Origin: Bradymonadia bacterium
GTDB lineage: Bacteria; Myxococcota_A; Bradymonadia; UBA7976; UBA1532
Reading direction: 5' to 3'
NCBI GenBank assembly: GCA_046290225.1
Contig: JBKAGE010000075.1
Location: forward strand, 256,001-320,000
DNA length: 64,000 bases
The stretch's first letter is position 1, and each line of letters begins with the position of its first letter. Made by a program: the position numbers and the translations under genes. This document shows positions 39,189-47,236 of the stretch, piece after piece. The notes beneath the pieces were generated by a model. The model saw only the letters and a program-made list of their open reading frames with translations. It did no database searches and was not told the origin of the DNA.

Positions 39189-39976
39189 GCTCGCCTCGTT
39201 TTCAGGTCGATGCTGGTGCTGTGGCGGTTCAGGTGGCCAGCTTCGAGGGCCCCCTCGATCTGTTGCTGCACTTGATCCGGAAAGAAGAGTTCGACGTCTT
39301 CGACCTGCCCATCGCCCCTCTCACGGCGGCGTATCTGCGTCACCTTGAGGCCATGCGGCAGATCAGCATCGAGCCTGCAGGCGAGTTCCTGGTCATGGCG
39401 GCCACCCTGACCCAAATCAAAAGCCGCCTACTGCTGCCACGGGCACCGAAAGGCGACGATGGTGAGGACGACGGCCTGGACCCGCGAGCGGATCTGGTGC
39501 GCTTACTCTTGGAGTATCAGCGTTATCAAGAGGTGGCTGAAGGGCTCGATGCCTGTGATCAGGTGGGGCGTGACGTCTTCCTGCGTCCAGATGGGCTCGA
39601 TCGCCCTCCTGAAGAGGAGGAGGCCCTCGCCGAGCAGCAGATCTTCCGCCTCGGGGAGACCTTCAGGCGCCTCATCGCCCGCAAACGCTTCGTGGCCCCT
39701 CACGAGATCTACGTGGAGCGGGTCTCCATCGGCGAGCGCGTGGCTCAGATCGCCGAGCGCCTCGCCGAGGTGGGCCGTACATCGTTCGAAGCGCTGTGCG
39801 ACGAGGCCCATTCTCTCGAAGAGCAGGTGACGACGTTCCTCGCGGTGTTGGAGATGAGCCGTTTGAAGCTCATCAAGCTGATCCAGGGCGACCGCCTCGC
39901 CCCGCTCTATGTGGAGTCAGTGGTCGACGCCATCGCCCCCATCGCCGAGGAGGCCGCCGGCACCCTCAGCTTCTGA
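39185..39976 (+). CDS. scpA: Segregation and condensation protein A
   Basis: FEGPLDLLLHLI, EFLVMAATL..IKSRLLLP and TTFLAVLEM. Confidence 0.95.
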   Translation: MSSPRFQVDAGAVAVQVASFEGPLDLLLHLIRKEEFDVFDLPIAPLTAAYLRHLEAMRQISIEPAGEFLVMAATLTQIKSRLLLPRAPKGDDGEDDGLDPRADLVRLLLEYQRYQEVAEGLDACDQVGRDVFLRPDGLDRPPEEEEALAEQQIFRLGETFRRLIARKRFVAPHEIYVERVSIGERVAQIAERLAEVGRTSFEALCDEAHSLEEQVTTFLAVLEMSRLKLIKLIQGDRLAPLYVESVVDAIAPIAEEAAGTLSF

Positions 39977-40771
39977 AGGCCCAGTGTCGAAGGTCTCGGT
40001 GTCGAAGGTCTCGGTGTCGAAGGTCTCGGTGTATGAGGTCTCGGTGTATGAGAGCTCCGATTCAGAAGACTCCAGTTCAGCAGGCTCACCTTCAACCTCG
40101 GCGTCAGCCTGAATCTCTTCCGAACGCGTCACGGGCTTTGGGGGCACTGGAGCCCGTTTCGCCGCGCGGGCTGCCTCGACGTTCGGCGCCGAGCCTTTCC
40201 GCCGTGCTTCGGCCTCTGCCTGTAAGCTCTCCAAATCCCGCAAAGTGGGCAGCGCCTTTAGATCCGTGAGCCCGAAGACTTCGAGGAAGGTGGGGCTGGT
40301 GGCATAGGTGAGCGGGCGCCCGGGCTCGTCGAGCTTTCCGGCGATGCGGACCAGCTTGCGATCGAGCAGGCTGCGCAAGACCCCACCGCAGTCCACCCCA
40401 CGAATGCTCTCGATGTCGATGCGAGTGCACGGCTGGCGGTAGGCCACGATGGCCAGGACCTCGAGGGCCGCCTTGCTCAATCGGGTGGGCCGGCCCGGCC
40501 ACAGACGTCTGACGATGGGAGCCAGGACAGGCCGTGTGCGCAGTCGCCACTTCTGGTCCACCTGGATCAACTCGATGCCGCGGCCGCTCAACTGCTCGGC
40601 GAGGGTCTTCAGGGCCTTCACCACGGCGGCCTCGGCCACTGGCCCTGGCCACTCCTCTTCTTGCGCCGCAGCGGAGAAGAGCGTGGAGATCTCCTTCGCC
40701 GACAGCGGGTGGTCGGCTGCAAAGAGCAGGGCCTCGAGGGCGGCGTGCAGGTCGTCGACGGGGGCGCTCAC
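39917..40771 (-). CDS. scpB: SMC-Scp complex subunit ScpB
   Basis: LEALLFAA, LSKAALEVLAIVAYRQP.TR..IESIRGV, PGRPLTYAT..FL..FGL..L..LP; acidic repeat tail. Confidence 0.95.
   Translation of the reverse strand: MSAPVDDLHAALEALLFAADHPLSAKEISTLFSAAAQEEEWPGPVAEAAVVKALKTLAEQLSGRGIELIQVDQKWRLRTRPVLAPIVRRLWPGRPTRLSKAALEVLAIVAYRQPCTRIDIESIRGVDCGGVLRSLLDRKLVRIAGKLDEPGRPLTYATSPTFLEVFGLTDLKALPTLRDLESLQAEAEARRKGSAPNVEAARAAKRAPVPPKPVTRSEEIQADAEVEGEPAELESSESELSYTETSYTETFDTETFDTETFDTGPSEAEGAGGLLGDGGDGVDH
39984..40052. repeat. 15-bp tandem repeat in scpB 3' region
   Basis: GTGTCGAAGGTCTCG x3, GTGTATGAGGTCTCG x1, plus a partial copy; encodes ETSYT/ETFDT. Confidence 0.9.
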
Positions 40772-40863
40772 GGCAAGCTCCTCGAAGAAGGTGGGGGCAC
40801 GATGGGTTAGTTCGACGGGGATGGGTTGTCAAATCCGTTGGGCATCCGGCACCATGCGCGGTC

Positions 40864-42984
40864 ATGACTCGACACCCCCACCTCCTGATCTTCTGGATGG
40901 CGCTGCCCCTATGTGCCCTGTCTCTGATGAGCGGCGGGTGTGGCGACGCGCCTCCAGAGGCCGAGCCCGAGGCCCCCACTGCTCAACCGGAGACGCCACG
41001 ACCCGCGGTGCCCATGCCACCGGTGGAGCAGATGCTGGCCCACCCGCCCCGGGTATGGATGAACCTCGCCGAGACTTCCGAGCGGGCACACCTCTGGCGT
41101 GGCGGTCCGGTTTTCGATCCCGGCGGGGTGGGTTGGGCGACGGCCTCTGCCCTCGGCAACCGCACCGCGTGGTTGCCCGTGCGGACCGCCGGCGAGCGCA
41201 CGGTGGCGTACCCGGACGGCATCGGCGCCTCGCTCCGGTTCTCTGTGGACGAGCGGGGGGCCGGCCTGAGCAAGCTGCATCTGTGGATGAAGCCCAAGGG
41301 CCCCAAGCAGCGGGTCAGCCTCTTCATTGACGAGATCCCCCTCGGCACTTTGTCGTTGTCCAACAATGGCAAGGTCTACACTGTGGATCTCCCGGAGGGT
41401 GGTCTGGCCCCTGGAGAGCATCATCTGCGCTTCTACTTCCGGTTCACGCGGTTCCTCGGCAAGAAGCGAACTCCTGGATCGGTGGATCAGGTGCGCCTCA
41501 CGCCCGGCGGCGAGCCCCTTACTTTGCCAGAGGCCTGGCGCGGGCCCCTCGAGGTGGGCGGTCTCGAAGGTGATGTGTTGTATGCCGGTGCGCCGACGCG
41601 TTGGGCGTTCTATCTGCATCCCCCACCAGGCGCCCGCCTCTTCACCAAGGCCGCGGTGCAGTCTGGCGAGGCCACCGAGTTCATCATTCGCATCGAGGAA
41701 GACGGTGCCGAGCCAGTAGAGCCGTTCAAGGAGACGGTGGAGCCCGGCACGTTCAAAGAGGTGGAGGTTGATCTGGCTCCGTGGGCCAACCGGCCGATCC
41801 GACTCTGGCTCGAGACCCGGGGCGAGATCGCCGACGTGCCCGTGGCAGGGTGGGGAGAGCCGGCGATCCTGGTCCCTGGCGCTGCGGATTATCAGCCGCC
41901 CACCGTAGAGAACGTCATCATCTGGTCCGTAGACGGTCTCCGGGCCGACCGGGTCGATCTCGGCCGAGGCGGGGAGCGTGCCGCCACCCCCAACCTCGAT
42001 CTGCTCGCTGCAGAAGGGGCCGCCTCTGTCGGTGTGTGGACCGAAGGTGTCTCGCCAGAAGACGGCCACGCCGCCCTCATTGCTCCCACGGGCATGGGGG
42101 AGGGGCTGCTCACGTTGCCCGAGGCCGCTGCGGAGGTGGGCAGACAGACCGCGTACATCGGTACCAGCCAGGGCATGCCCAAATCGCTGCTCAAAGCCTT
42201 CCAGGGCAAGTTCGACCTGCGCGCTGAGGGCGACAATGCCGAGACCCCCATGGTCCTGCGAGAGCTCAACGCGTGGCTCGACACGCGTCGGACCGGGCGC
42301 TTCATGCTCTACGTCACCAGTGATGATCCCCGAGCGCCGTACACACCAGCCCCAGGCTTCGTGCGCCTGTACAAGCAGATGCGCAAGGGGGCCGAGGAGC
42401 AGGAAGACATCGACCAGGCCAGGCACGAAGGGGCCATCGCCTATGATGCCCAGCTGACCACCGCGGACTACTGGATCGGGCAGATGATGGCGTTGCTCGA
42501 GGCCCACAACCTGAGGGGGGACACCGCGGTCATCATCGTCGGCTCCGTGGGGCAGGCCATGCGAGGCCCCGAAGCGCAGGGCGACGGCTACGCGCTCAGG
42601 CCAGAGCTGCTGCACGTGCCCCTGGTGCTCTGGCATCCTGGCCTGAAGGCCCGGGCCGCACGCCCTCTGCTCTGGGGTGGGCGCATGGCAGACGTCGCGG
42701 GCCTCGCCCTCACCCTCATGGGTCAGGATGTGCCTCCAGACTGGCAGGTTCGGCCCCTCGCGGGCCCTCTGCTCGATGGTCAGCCCCTGGTGCAGCGTCG
42801 GATGAGCGCCCGCCTCGGTCCGCTCAGCGCCGCGCGGATCGGCCACTGGTTCCTCAAAGGATCAGGCCCTCACGGGCTCAGCATCTGGCGGCTCGATCGC
42901 GATCCGGAGCTCGCCGAGGACCTCGCTGAGACACACCCCATCGCCCTGCGATTCCTGCGGGACAGTCTGCTCGAATCGCAATGA
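40864..42984 (+). CDS. Lipoprotein with sulfatase-like (alkaline phosphatase superfamily) C-terminal domain
   Basis: Lipobox SGGC; NVIIWSVDGLRADR, TPNLD.LAAEG, YDAQL..AD.WIG and HVPLVL. Confidence 0.78.
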   Translation: MTRHPHLLIFWMALPLCALSLMSGGCGDAPPEAEPEAPTAQPETPRPAVPMPPVEQMLAHPPRVWMNLAETSERAHLWRGGPVFDPGGVGWATASALGNRTAWLPVRTAGERTVAYPDGIGASLRFSVDERGAGLSKLHLWMKPKGPKQRVSLFIDEIPLGTLSLSNNGKVYTVDLPEGGLAPGEHHLRFYFRFTRFLGKKRTPGSVDQVRLTPGGEPLTLPEAWRGPLEVGGLEGDVLYAGAPTRWAFYLHPPPGARLFTKAAVQSGEATEFIIRIEEDGAEPVEPFKETVEPGTFKEVEVDLAPWANRPIRLWLETRGEIADVPVAGWGEPAILVPGAADYQPPTVENVIIWSVDGLRADRVDLGRGGERAATPNLDLLAAEGAASVGVWTEGVSPEDGHAALIAPTGMGEGLLTLPEAAAEVGRQTAYIGTSQGMPKSLLKAFQGKFDLRAEGDNAETPMVLRELNAWLDTRRTGRFMLYVTSDDPRAPYTPAPGFVRLYKQMRKGAEEQEDIDQARHEGAIAYDAQLTTADYWIGQMMALLEAHNLRGDTAVIIVGSVGQAMRGPEAQGDGYALRPELLHVPLVLWHPGLKARAARPLLWGGRMADVAGLALTLMGQDVPPDWQVRPLAGPLLDGQPLVQRRMSARLGPLSAARIGHWFLKGSGPHGLSIWRLDRDPELAEDLAETHPIALRFLRDSLLESQ

Positions 42985-43006
42985 TTCAGCAGTCTCCAGG
43001 AGAGGC

Positions 43007-43035
43007 TTGACTTCCGGGGGGCTTCCGTCTAGCTT
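43007..43035 (+). promoter_or_regulatory. Putative sigma-70 promoter of the rpsP operon
   Basis: TTGACT-N17-TAGCTT upstream of the GAGGAG RBS. Confidence 0.55.
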
Positions 43036-43098
43036 CCCGGGGCTCTCATCCGGGCGCGTCCCGGATATATGGTCATTTATTGAGGAGACAGGTCGGTT

Positions 43099-43371
43099 AT
43101 GGCCGTTCACATCAGGCTTCAGCGCTTCGGCGCCAAGAAGCGGCCCTACTATCGTATCGTCGCCGCCGACAACCGTAACAAGCGGGATGGTCGGTTTCTC
43201 GAGCAGGTCGGCACCTATGACCCCATGGTCAACCCCGCCCGCCTGACGTTCAACCTCGACCGGGTGGACTACTGGGTCTCCGTGGGCGCCAAGCCCACTG
43301 ACACCACCGCCAGCCTGTTGCGTCGGTACCGTCGGGAAAACCCCGCCACCGAGGCTGCAGCCGAGGGCTGA
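43099..43371 (+). CDS. rpsP: 30S ribosomal protein S16
   Basis: MAVHIRLQRFGAKKRPYYRIVAAD..RDGRFLEQVGTYDP. Confidence 0.98.
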   Translation: MAVHIRLQRFGAKKRPYYRIVAADNRNKRDGRFLEQVGTYDPMVNPARLTFNLDRVDYWVSVGAKPTDTTASLLRRYRRENPATEAAAEG

Positions 43372-43474
43372 GTCAGAGAACGGGTCAGCAGATCTGATCT
43401 GCTGCTCGGGCCATGCTGTTTACGTCGGGATCGGCTCCCAGGAGTCGGCGCGCTGAGACCCACAGGAGCATCCG

Positions 43475-43702
43475 TTGAAGGACCTCGCCGGATACATCGC
43501 CACCGCCCTCGTCGACGACGCTGACGCAGTCCGCGTCGAAGAGGCGCACGGCGACGAGCACGTCGTCACCATCCACGTCGCCCAGGGCGATCGGGGGGTG
43601 ATCGTGGGCCGTCAGGGCCGAACTGTTCGGGCGATCCAGACGGTACTCAACGCCGCCAGCGGTCATCGGGTCTCTCTCGAGATCGGCGACGCTGAGGGCT
43701 GA
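43475..43702 (+). CDS. khpA: KH domain RNA-binding protein KhpA
   Basis: DRGVIVGRQGRTVRAI (GxxG); canonical position after rpsP; TTG start after AGGAG. Confidence 0.9.
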   Translation: MKDLAGYIATALVDDADAVRVEEAHGDEHVVTIHVAQGDRGVIVGRQGRTVRAIQTVLNAASGHRVSLEIGDAEG

Positions 43703-43703
43703 G

Positions 43704-44216
43704 GTGAGTTGGATCCTGGTGGGGCGCCTCGGGCGACCCCATGGCGTGCGCGGCGAGCTTCGCCTGTGGCCGCTCAACCGGGAGACCGAGTTGCTCAGCC
43801 CCGGGCGAGAGATCCAGGTGGGCACTGGCCGTACACCGAGCCAGACGCTCACGCTGAGCGCCGTACGTCATGACAGCAAGGGGCCAGTCGTACGCCTCGA
43901 CGAGATCACCGACCGGAACGGCGCCGAGGCGCTCACCGGCCTCAAGTGGTTCGAACGTCGCGACGCCTTCCCCGAGCCCGAGGCAGACGAGATCTACGTC
44001 GTCGACCTGATCGGCATGCAGGTCCTCACCGAAGGGGGAGAGGCCGTCGGTCGGCTCAGCGACGTCTGGCAGCATGGGGCCCACGACACCTACGTGGTGA
44101 AGAGCGGGCCTCGTGAGCACTTGATTCCGGCCGTCGACGAGTTCGTCGTCCGGGTGGACACCGAGGCCCGGCAGATCATCATCCGCCCGGTCGAAGGGCT
44201 CTTGAGCGAAGACTGA
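43704..44216 (+). CDS. rimM: 16S rRNA processing protein RimM
   Basis: VGRLGRPHGVRGE, DRNGAEAL, YVVDLIG and LIPAV. Confidence 0.95.
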   Translation: MSWILVGRLGRPHGVRGELRLWPLNRETELLSPGREIQVGTGRTPSQTLTLSAVRHDSKGPVVRLDEITDRNGAEALTGLKWFERRDAFPEPEADEIYVVDLIGMQVLTEGGEAVGRLSDVWQHGAHDTYVVKSGPREHLIPAVDEFVVRVDTEARQIIIRPVEGLLSED

Positions 44217-44224
44217 GCGGTGCT

Positions 44225-44995
44225 GTGAAAACCACGGTCGTCACCATCTTCCCCGAGATGTTCCCCGGTTACCTCGGTGAGAGCGTCATCGGCAGGGCCC
44301 TCAAGCAGGGGTTGGCCACCATCGAGTGCGTCGATCCTCGGGCCTTCACCACCGATCGTCATCGCAGCGTCGATGACGTGCCCTTCGGTGGCGGCGCCGG
44401 GATGGTGATGAAGCCTGAGCCTCTGGCAAAGGCCATCGAATCTGTCGGCCCAGTGAGCCGACGCGTGCTCCTCGCCCCGGCGGGTCGTACGTTCACCCAG
44501 GCCGATGCCTGGGCCTGGTCGCGCCTCGACCACCTCGTGCTCGTCTGTGGGCGGTACGAAGGGGTGGACGAGCGGGTCAGGGACACACTCATCGACGACG
44601 TGGTCTCCATCGGTGACTACGTCCTGACGGGTGGCGAAGTGGCGGCGATGGTGATCCTCGACGCCACCATCCGTCAGATCCCCGGGGTGCTCGGCAACGC
44701 CGACTCCCTGGCGACAGAATCCCATGGGGGAGACGGGCTCCTGGAGCACCCCCATTATACCCGGCCGTCCACATGGCGTGGTCAGCCGGTACCCGAGGTA
44801 TTGCTGAGCGGCCACCACGCTCGCATCGACCAGTGGCGCAGACTCGCCTCGGTCGAACGCACCGCGCGGTGGCGGCCCGAATTATTGGACCATGTGGAGC
44901 TGACGCCCGAAGAGCAGCAGCGGGTCGAAGAGATCAACGAGACCCGAAACGCCGAGGCGTCCACCGATATCGAAACGAAAGAAGGCACCCCATGA
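44225..44995 (+). CDS. trmD: tRNA (guanine-N1)-methyltransferase
   Basis: [42 protein letters not shown] and YTRP. Confidence 0.98.
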   Translation: MKTTVVTIFPEMFPGYLGESVIGRALKQGLATIECVDPRAFTTDRHRSVDDVPFGGGAGMVMKPEPLAKAIESVGPVSRRVLLAPAGRTFTQADAWAWSRLDHLVLVCGRYEGVDERVRDTLIDDVVSIGDYVLTGGEVAAMVILDATIRQIPGVLGNADSLATESHGGDGLLEHPHYTRPSTWRGQPVPEVLLSGHHARIDQWRRLASVERTARWRPELLDHVELTPEEQQRVEEINETRNAEASTDIETKEGTP

Positions 44996-45339
44996 ACGCG
45001 CTGAAGCTTGTCGAGGATCGCCAGATCAGGACCGACCTCCCCCAGTTCCGCCCCGGTGACACCCTCAAGGTGCACGTGCGGATCAAAGAGGGCGCCAAGA
45101 CGCGTATCCAGATCTTCGAGGGCGTGTGCATCCGTCGCAAGCGCGCCGGCAACCGCACCACCTTCACCGTGCGCAAGGTGAGCTACGGCATCGGGGTGGA
45201 GCGTATCTTCCCCCTGCACGGCCCCAACGTGACCAAGATCGAGGTGGTGACCCGGGGTCGCGTCCGTCGCTCCCGCCTGTACTACCTGCGCAGCCGCTTC
45301 GGTAAGGCCGCTCGCATCAAGGCCCGCCGCGACCGCTGA
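44992..45339 (+). CDS. rplS: 50S ribosomal protein L19
   Basis: [42 protein letters not shown]. Confidence 0.98.
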   Translation: MNALKLVEDRQIRTDLPQFRPGDTLKVHVRIKEGAKTRIQIFEGVCIRRKRAGNRTTFTVRKVSYGIGVERIFPLHGPNVTKIEVVTRGRVRRSRLYYLRSRFGKAARIKARRDR

Positions 45340-45389
45340 TCGGTGCTCACCCTGCAGCATCATCAACATCCTGTTGAGTGCCGGCCCTG

Positions 45390-46052
45390 ATGGCAAAGAC
45401 TGCCCAGGCCGCCGGCGGACCTCCCGAGGGCCCGCTGGGTACCGTCGAAGTGTGGGGGGCAGGCCGACTGCTCCTCGGCGTCGACGAGGCTGGACGAGGC
45501 CCCCTTGCGGGCCCAGTCGTCGCCGCCGCCGTGGCTTTGCCTCCAGGACCACTGCCTTCGTCCCTCCAGGGGCTCGACGACAGCAAGAAGCTCACCGAGC
45601 GACGTCGTCAGCTGCTCACCCCCCACATTGCCCGTCAGGCTCTTGCCGTCGGTGTCGGTCGGATCAGCGCCCGCCGCATCGACGAGATCAATATTCTGGA
45701 AGCTACGAGAGAGGCCATGCGTAGAGCAGTGTGGATCGCCACCGCACGACTCAGCGCTCAGGGCCTGACCCCCGAAGCCCTGCTCGTCGATGGCCATCTG
45801 CCCCTGCCTGGCCACGAAGGCGAGCAGTGGGCCCTGAAGAAAGGCGACGGCCGCAGCTACAACATCGCCGCGGCCAGCGTCATCGCCAAGACCGTCAGAG
45901 ATCGCCACATGGAGATCCTGGCCAAGCGATATCCGGGGTATGGCCTTGAAGTTCACAAGGGGTACGGCACCAAAGCCCATCGAGCTGCCTTGCAACAGCT
46001 CGGCAACAGCGCGATCCATCGGCAAACCTTCAAATGGAAGCCGGTCAGCTGA
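45390..46052 (+). CDS. rnhB: Ribonuclease HII
   Basis: GVDEAGRGPLAGPVVAAAV, DSKKL, IAAASVIAK and HKGYGT. Confidence 0.96.
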   Translation: MAKTAQAAGGPPEGPLGTVEVWGAGRLLLGVDEAGRGPLAGPVVAAAVALPPGPLPSSLQGLDDSKKLTERRRQLLTPHIARQALAVGVGRISARRIDEINILEATREAMRRAVWIATARLSAQGLTPEALLVDGHLPLPGHEGEQWALKKGDGRSYNIAAASVIAKTVRDRHMEILAKRYPGYGLEVHKGYGTKAHRAALQQLGNSAIHRQTFKWKPVS

Positions 46053-46446
46053 CTCGGGCAGAGGTCCGAGGAGCGATCCTCAACGTCAGGCCGTCGCCCG
46101 AGCGGGCGAAGAGCTCGCCTGCAGCCATCTGAGCCTACACGGCTGGTCCATCGTCGATCGTAACTGGCGGTGTCCTCAGGGTGAGCTGGACATCGTGGCT
46201 ACGCGAGGTGATGTGCTCGCTTTCGTGGAGGTGAAGACCCGCCGCAACCCTGGTGGAGTGCATCCAGCGCATTCAGTGACTCGGGCGAAACAGCGGCGCC
46301 TCGCTCGGGCTGCAGATGCCTACCTGCAATCGAGGAGGCCCATCGCTGCGCACTGGCGGTTCGACATCATCTCGATCTGGCAGGTGGAGGGGACGTGGCA
46401 GGTCAGCCACATCGAGGGGGCGTTCACGCCCTCTGGGGCATTCTGA
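45940..46446 (+). CDS. yraN: YraN (UPF0102) family predicted endonuclease; start uncertain
   Basis: GEELAC..L...GWSIVDRNWR...GELDIVA...LAFVEVKTR..RFDII. The only upstream ATG lies inside rnhB. Confidence 0.88.
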   Translation: MALKFTRGTAPKPIELPCNSSATARSIGKPSNGSRSADSGRGPRSDPQRQAVARAGEELACSHLSLHGWSIVDRNWRCPQGELDIVATRGDVLAFVEVKTRRNPGGVHPAHSVTRAKQRRLARAADAYLQSRRPIAAHWRFDIISIWQVEGTWQVSHIEGAFTPSGAF

Positions 46447-46467
46447 GAAGACGCTCTGAGGAGGCGA

Positions 46468-46869
46468 TCAGTTGTTCAGATCGCCCTTGCGCACGCAGTA
46501 GCACTTGTTGGGAAAACCCGACTCGTCGAAGGGCTCCTCGGGGCAGACGTCGCCGCCACCGATGATGGGGCGACAGGCGGCGCTCCCGGGGCAGTCACCA
46601 TCAGTGCGGCAGCTCTGGCTGCAATATGCGCTGGAGTCGCGGTACTGCAAGCACACGCGGGTGGCGCAGCCGGCATAGTTGTCGATGGCGCAGCTGGAGC
46701 GGGACTCCGCTTCGAGCTGGCCCTCGGACTCCTCGCCGCCGCTGCTCGACGTGCTGCAGGTGTTCTTCAGCGGGGCAGGGATCTCACAGGGGGCGCCGAA
46801 GTCCTCTTCGCAGCCCCAGGAGAAGGCGAGCAGCGAAACGAGGCAAGCGGTCTTGAGCACAGTCGTCAT
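46468..46869 (-). CDS. Cys-rich lipoprotein, CglC/GltK (AgmO)-like adventurous gliding lipoprotein
   Basis: Lipobox SWGC, then FGAPC, C..RVC, YCSQSC...DC and CYC; GGAGG RBS; adjacent to the glt cluster. Confidence 0.65.
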   Translation of the reverse strand: MTTVLKTACLVSLLAFSWGCEEDFGAPCEIPAPLKNTCSTSSSGGEESEGQLEAESRSSCAIDNYAGCATRVCLQYRDSSAYCSQSCRTDGDCPGSAACRPIIGGGDVCPEEPFDESGFPNKCYCVRKGDLNN

Positions 46870-46883
46870 GATCCCTCCGGGCG

Positions 46884-46996
46884 GTATCCCTGAGCAAAGT
46901 GTCCCGAGCAGTGTGTCCCGGGCAGTGTGTCCCGGGCAGTGTGTCCCGGGCAGTGTGTCCCGGGCAGTGTATCCCGAGCAGAGTGTCCCGAGCACA
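46884..46996. repeat. 14-bp intergenic tandem repeat (7 copies plus one degenerate)
   Basis: GTGTCCCGGGCAGT x4 exact (46913-46968), flanked by variants GTGTCCCGAGCAGT, GTATCCCGAGCAGA and GTGTCCCGAGCACA. Confidence 0.92.
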
Positions 46997-47236
46997 GCGA
47001 CCTAGAGCAAAAAACAGTCGAGAACAAAATCAGCCTCGAGCGCAGTTGCTCCGATATGGGTGCTCGGATCGTATGTGCGATTCTGCTGATGTCAACGGCA
47101 TCGAGTCAAACACCCTCAGAGCACGGGTCTCAGATGACAAAATCCCCACCTTCTGGGGAGATATCCGCGATGACCTTGAGCCGAGGCCATGATGCATCGT
47201 ATGACGGGCACCGAACCTCAGTGGAGAAAACCCGGA

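Noticed and set aside
46884..46996. Tandem repeat considered as a CRISPR array or as coding (TLPGTHCPGHTARD)
   Set aside because: The units are 14 bp with no spacers and no cas genes nearby. The real lipoprotein start (RBS + signal peptide) is at 46869, downstream of the repeat.
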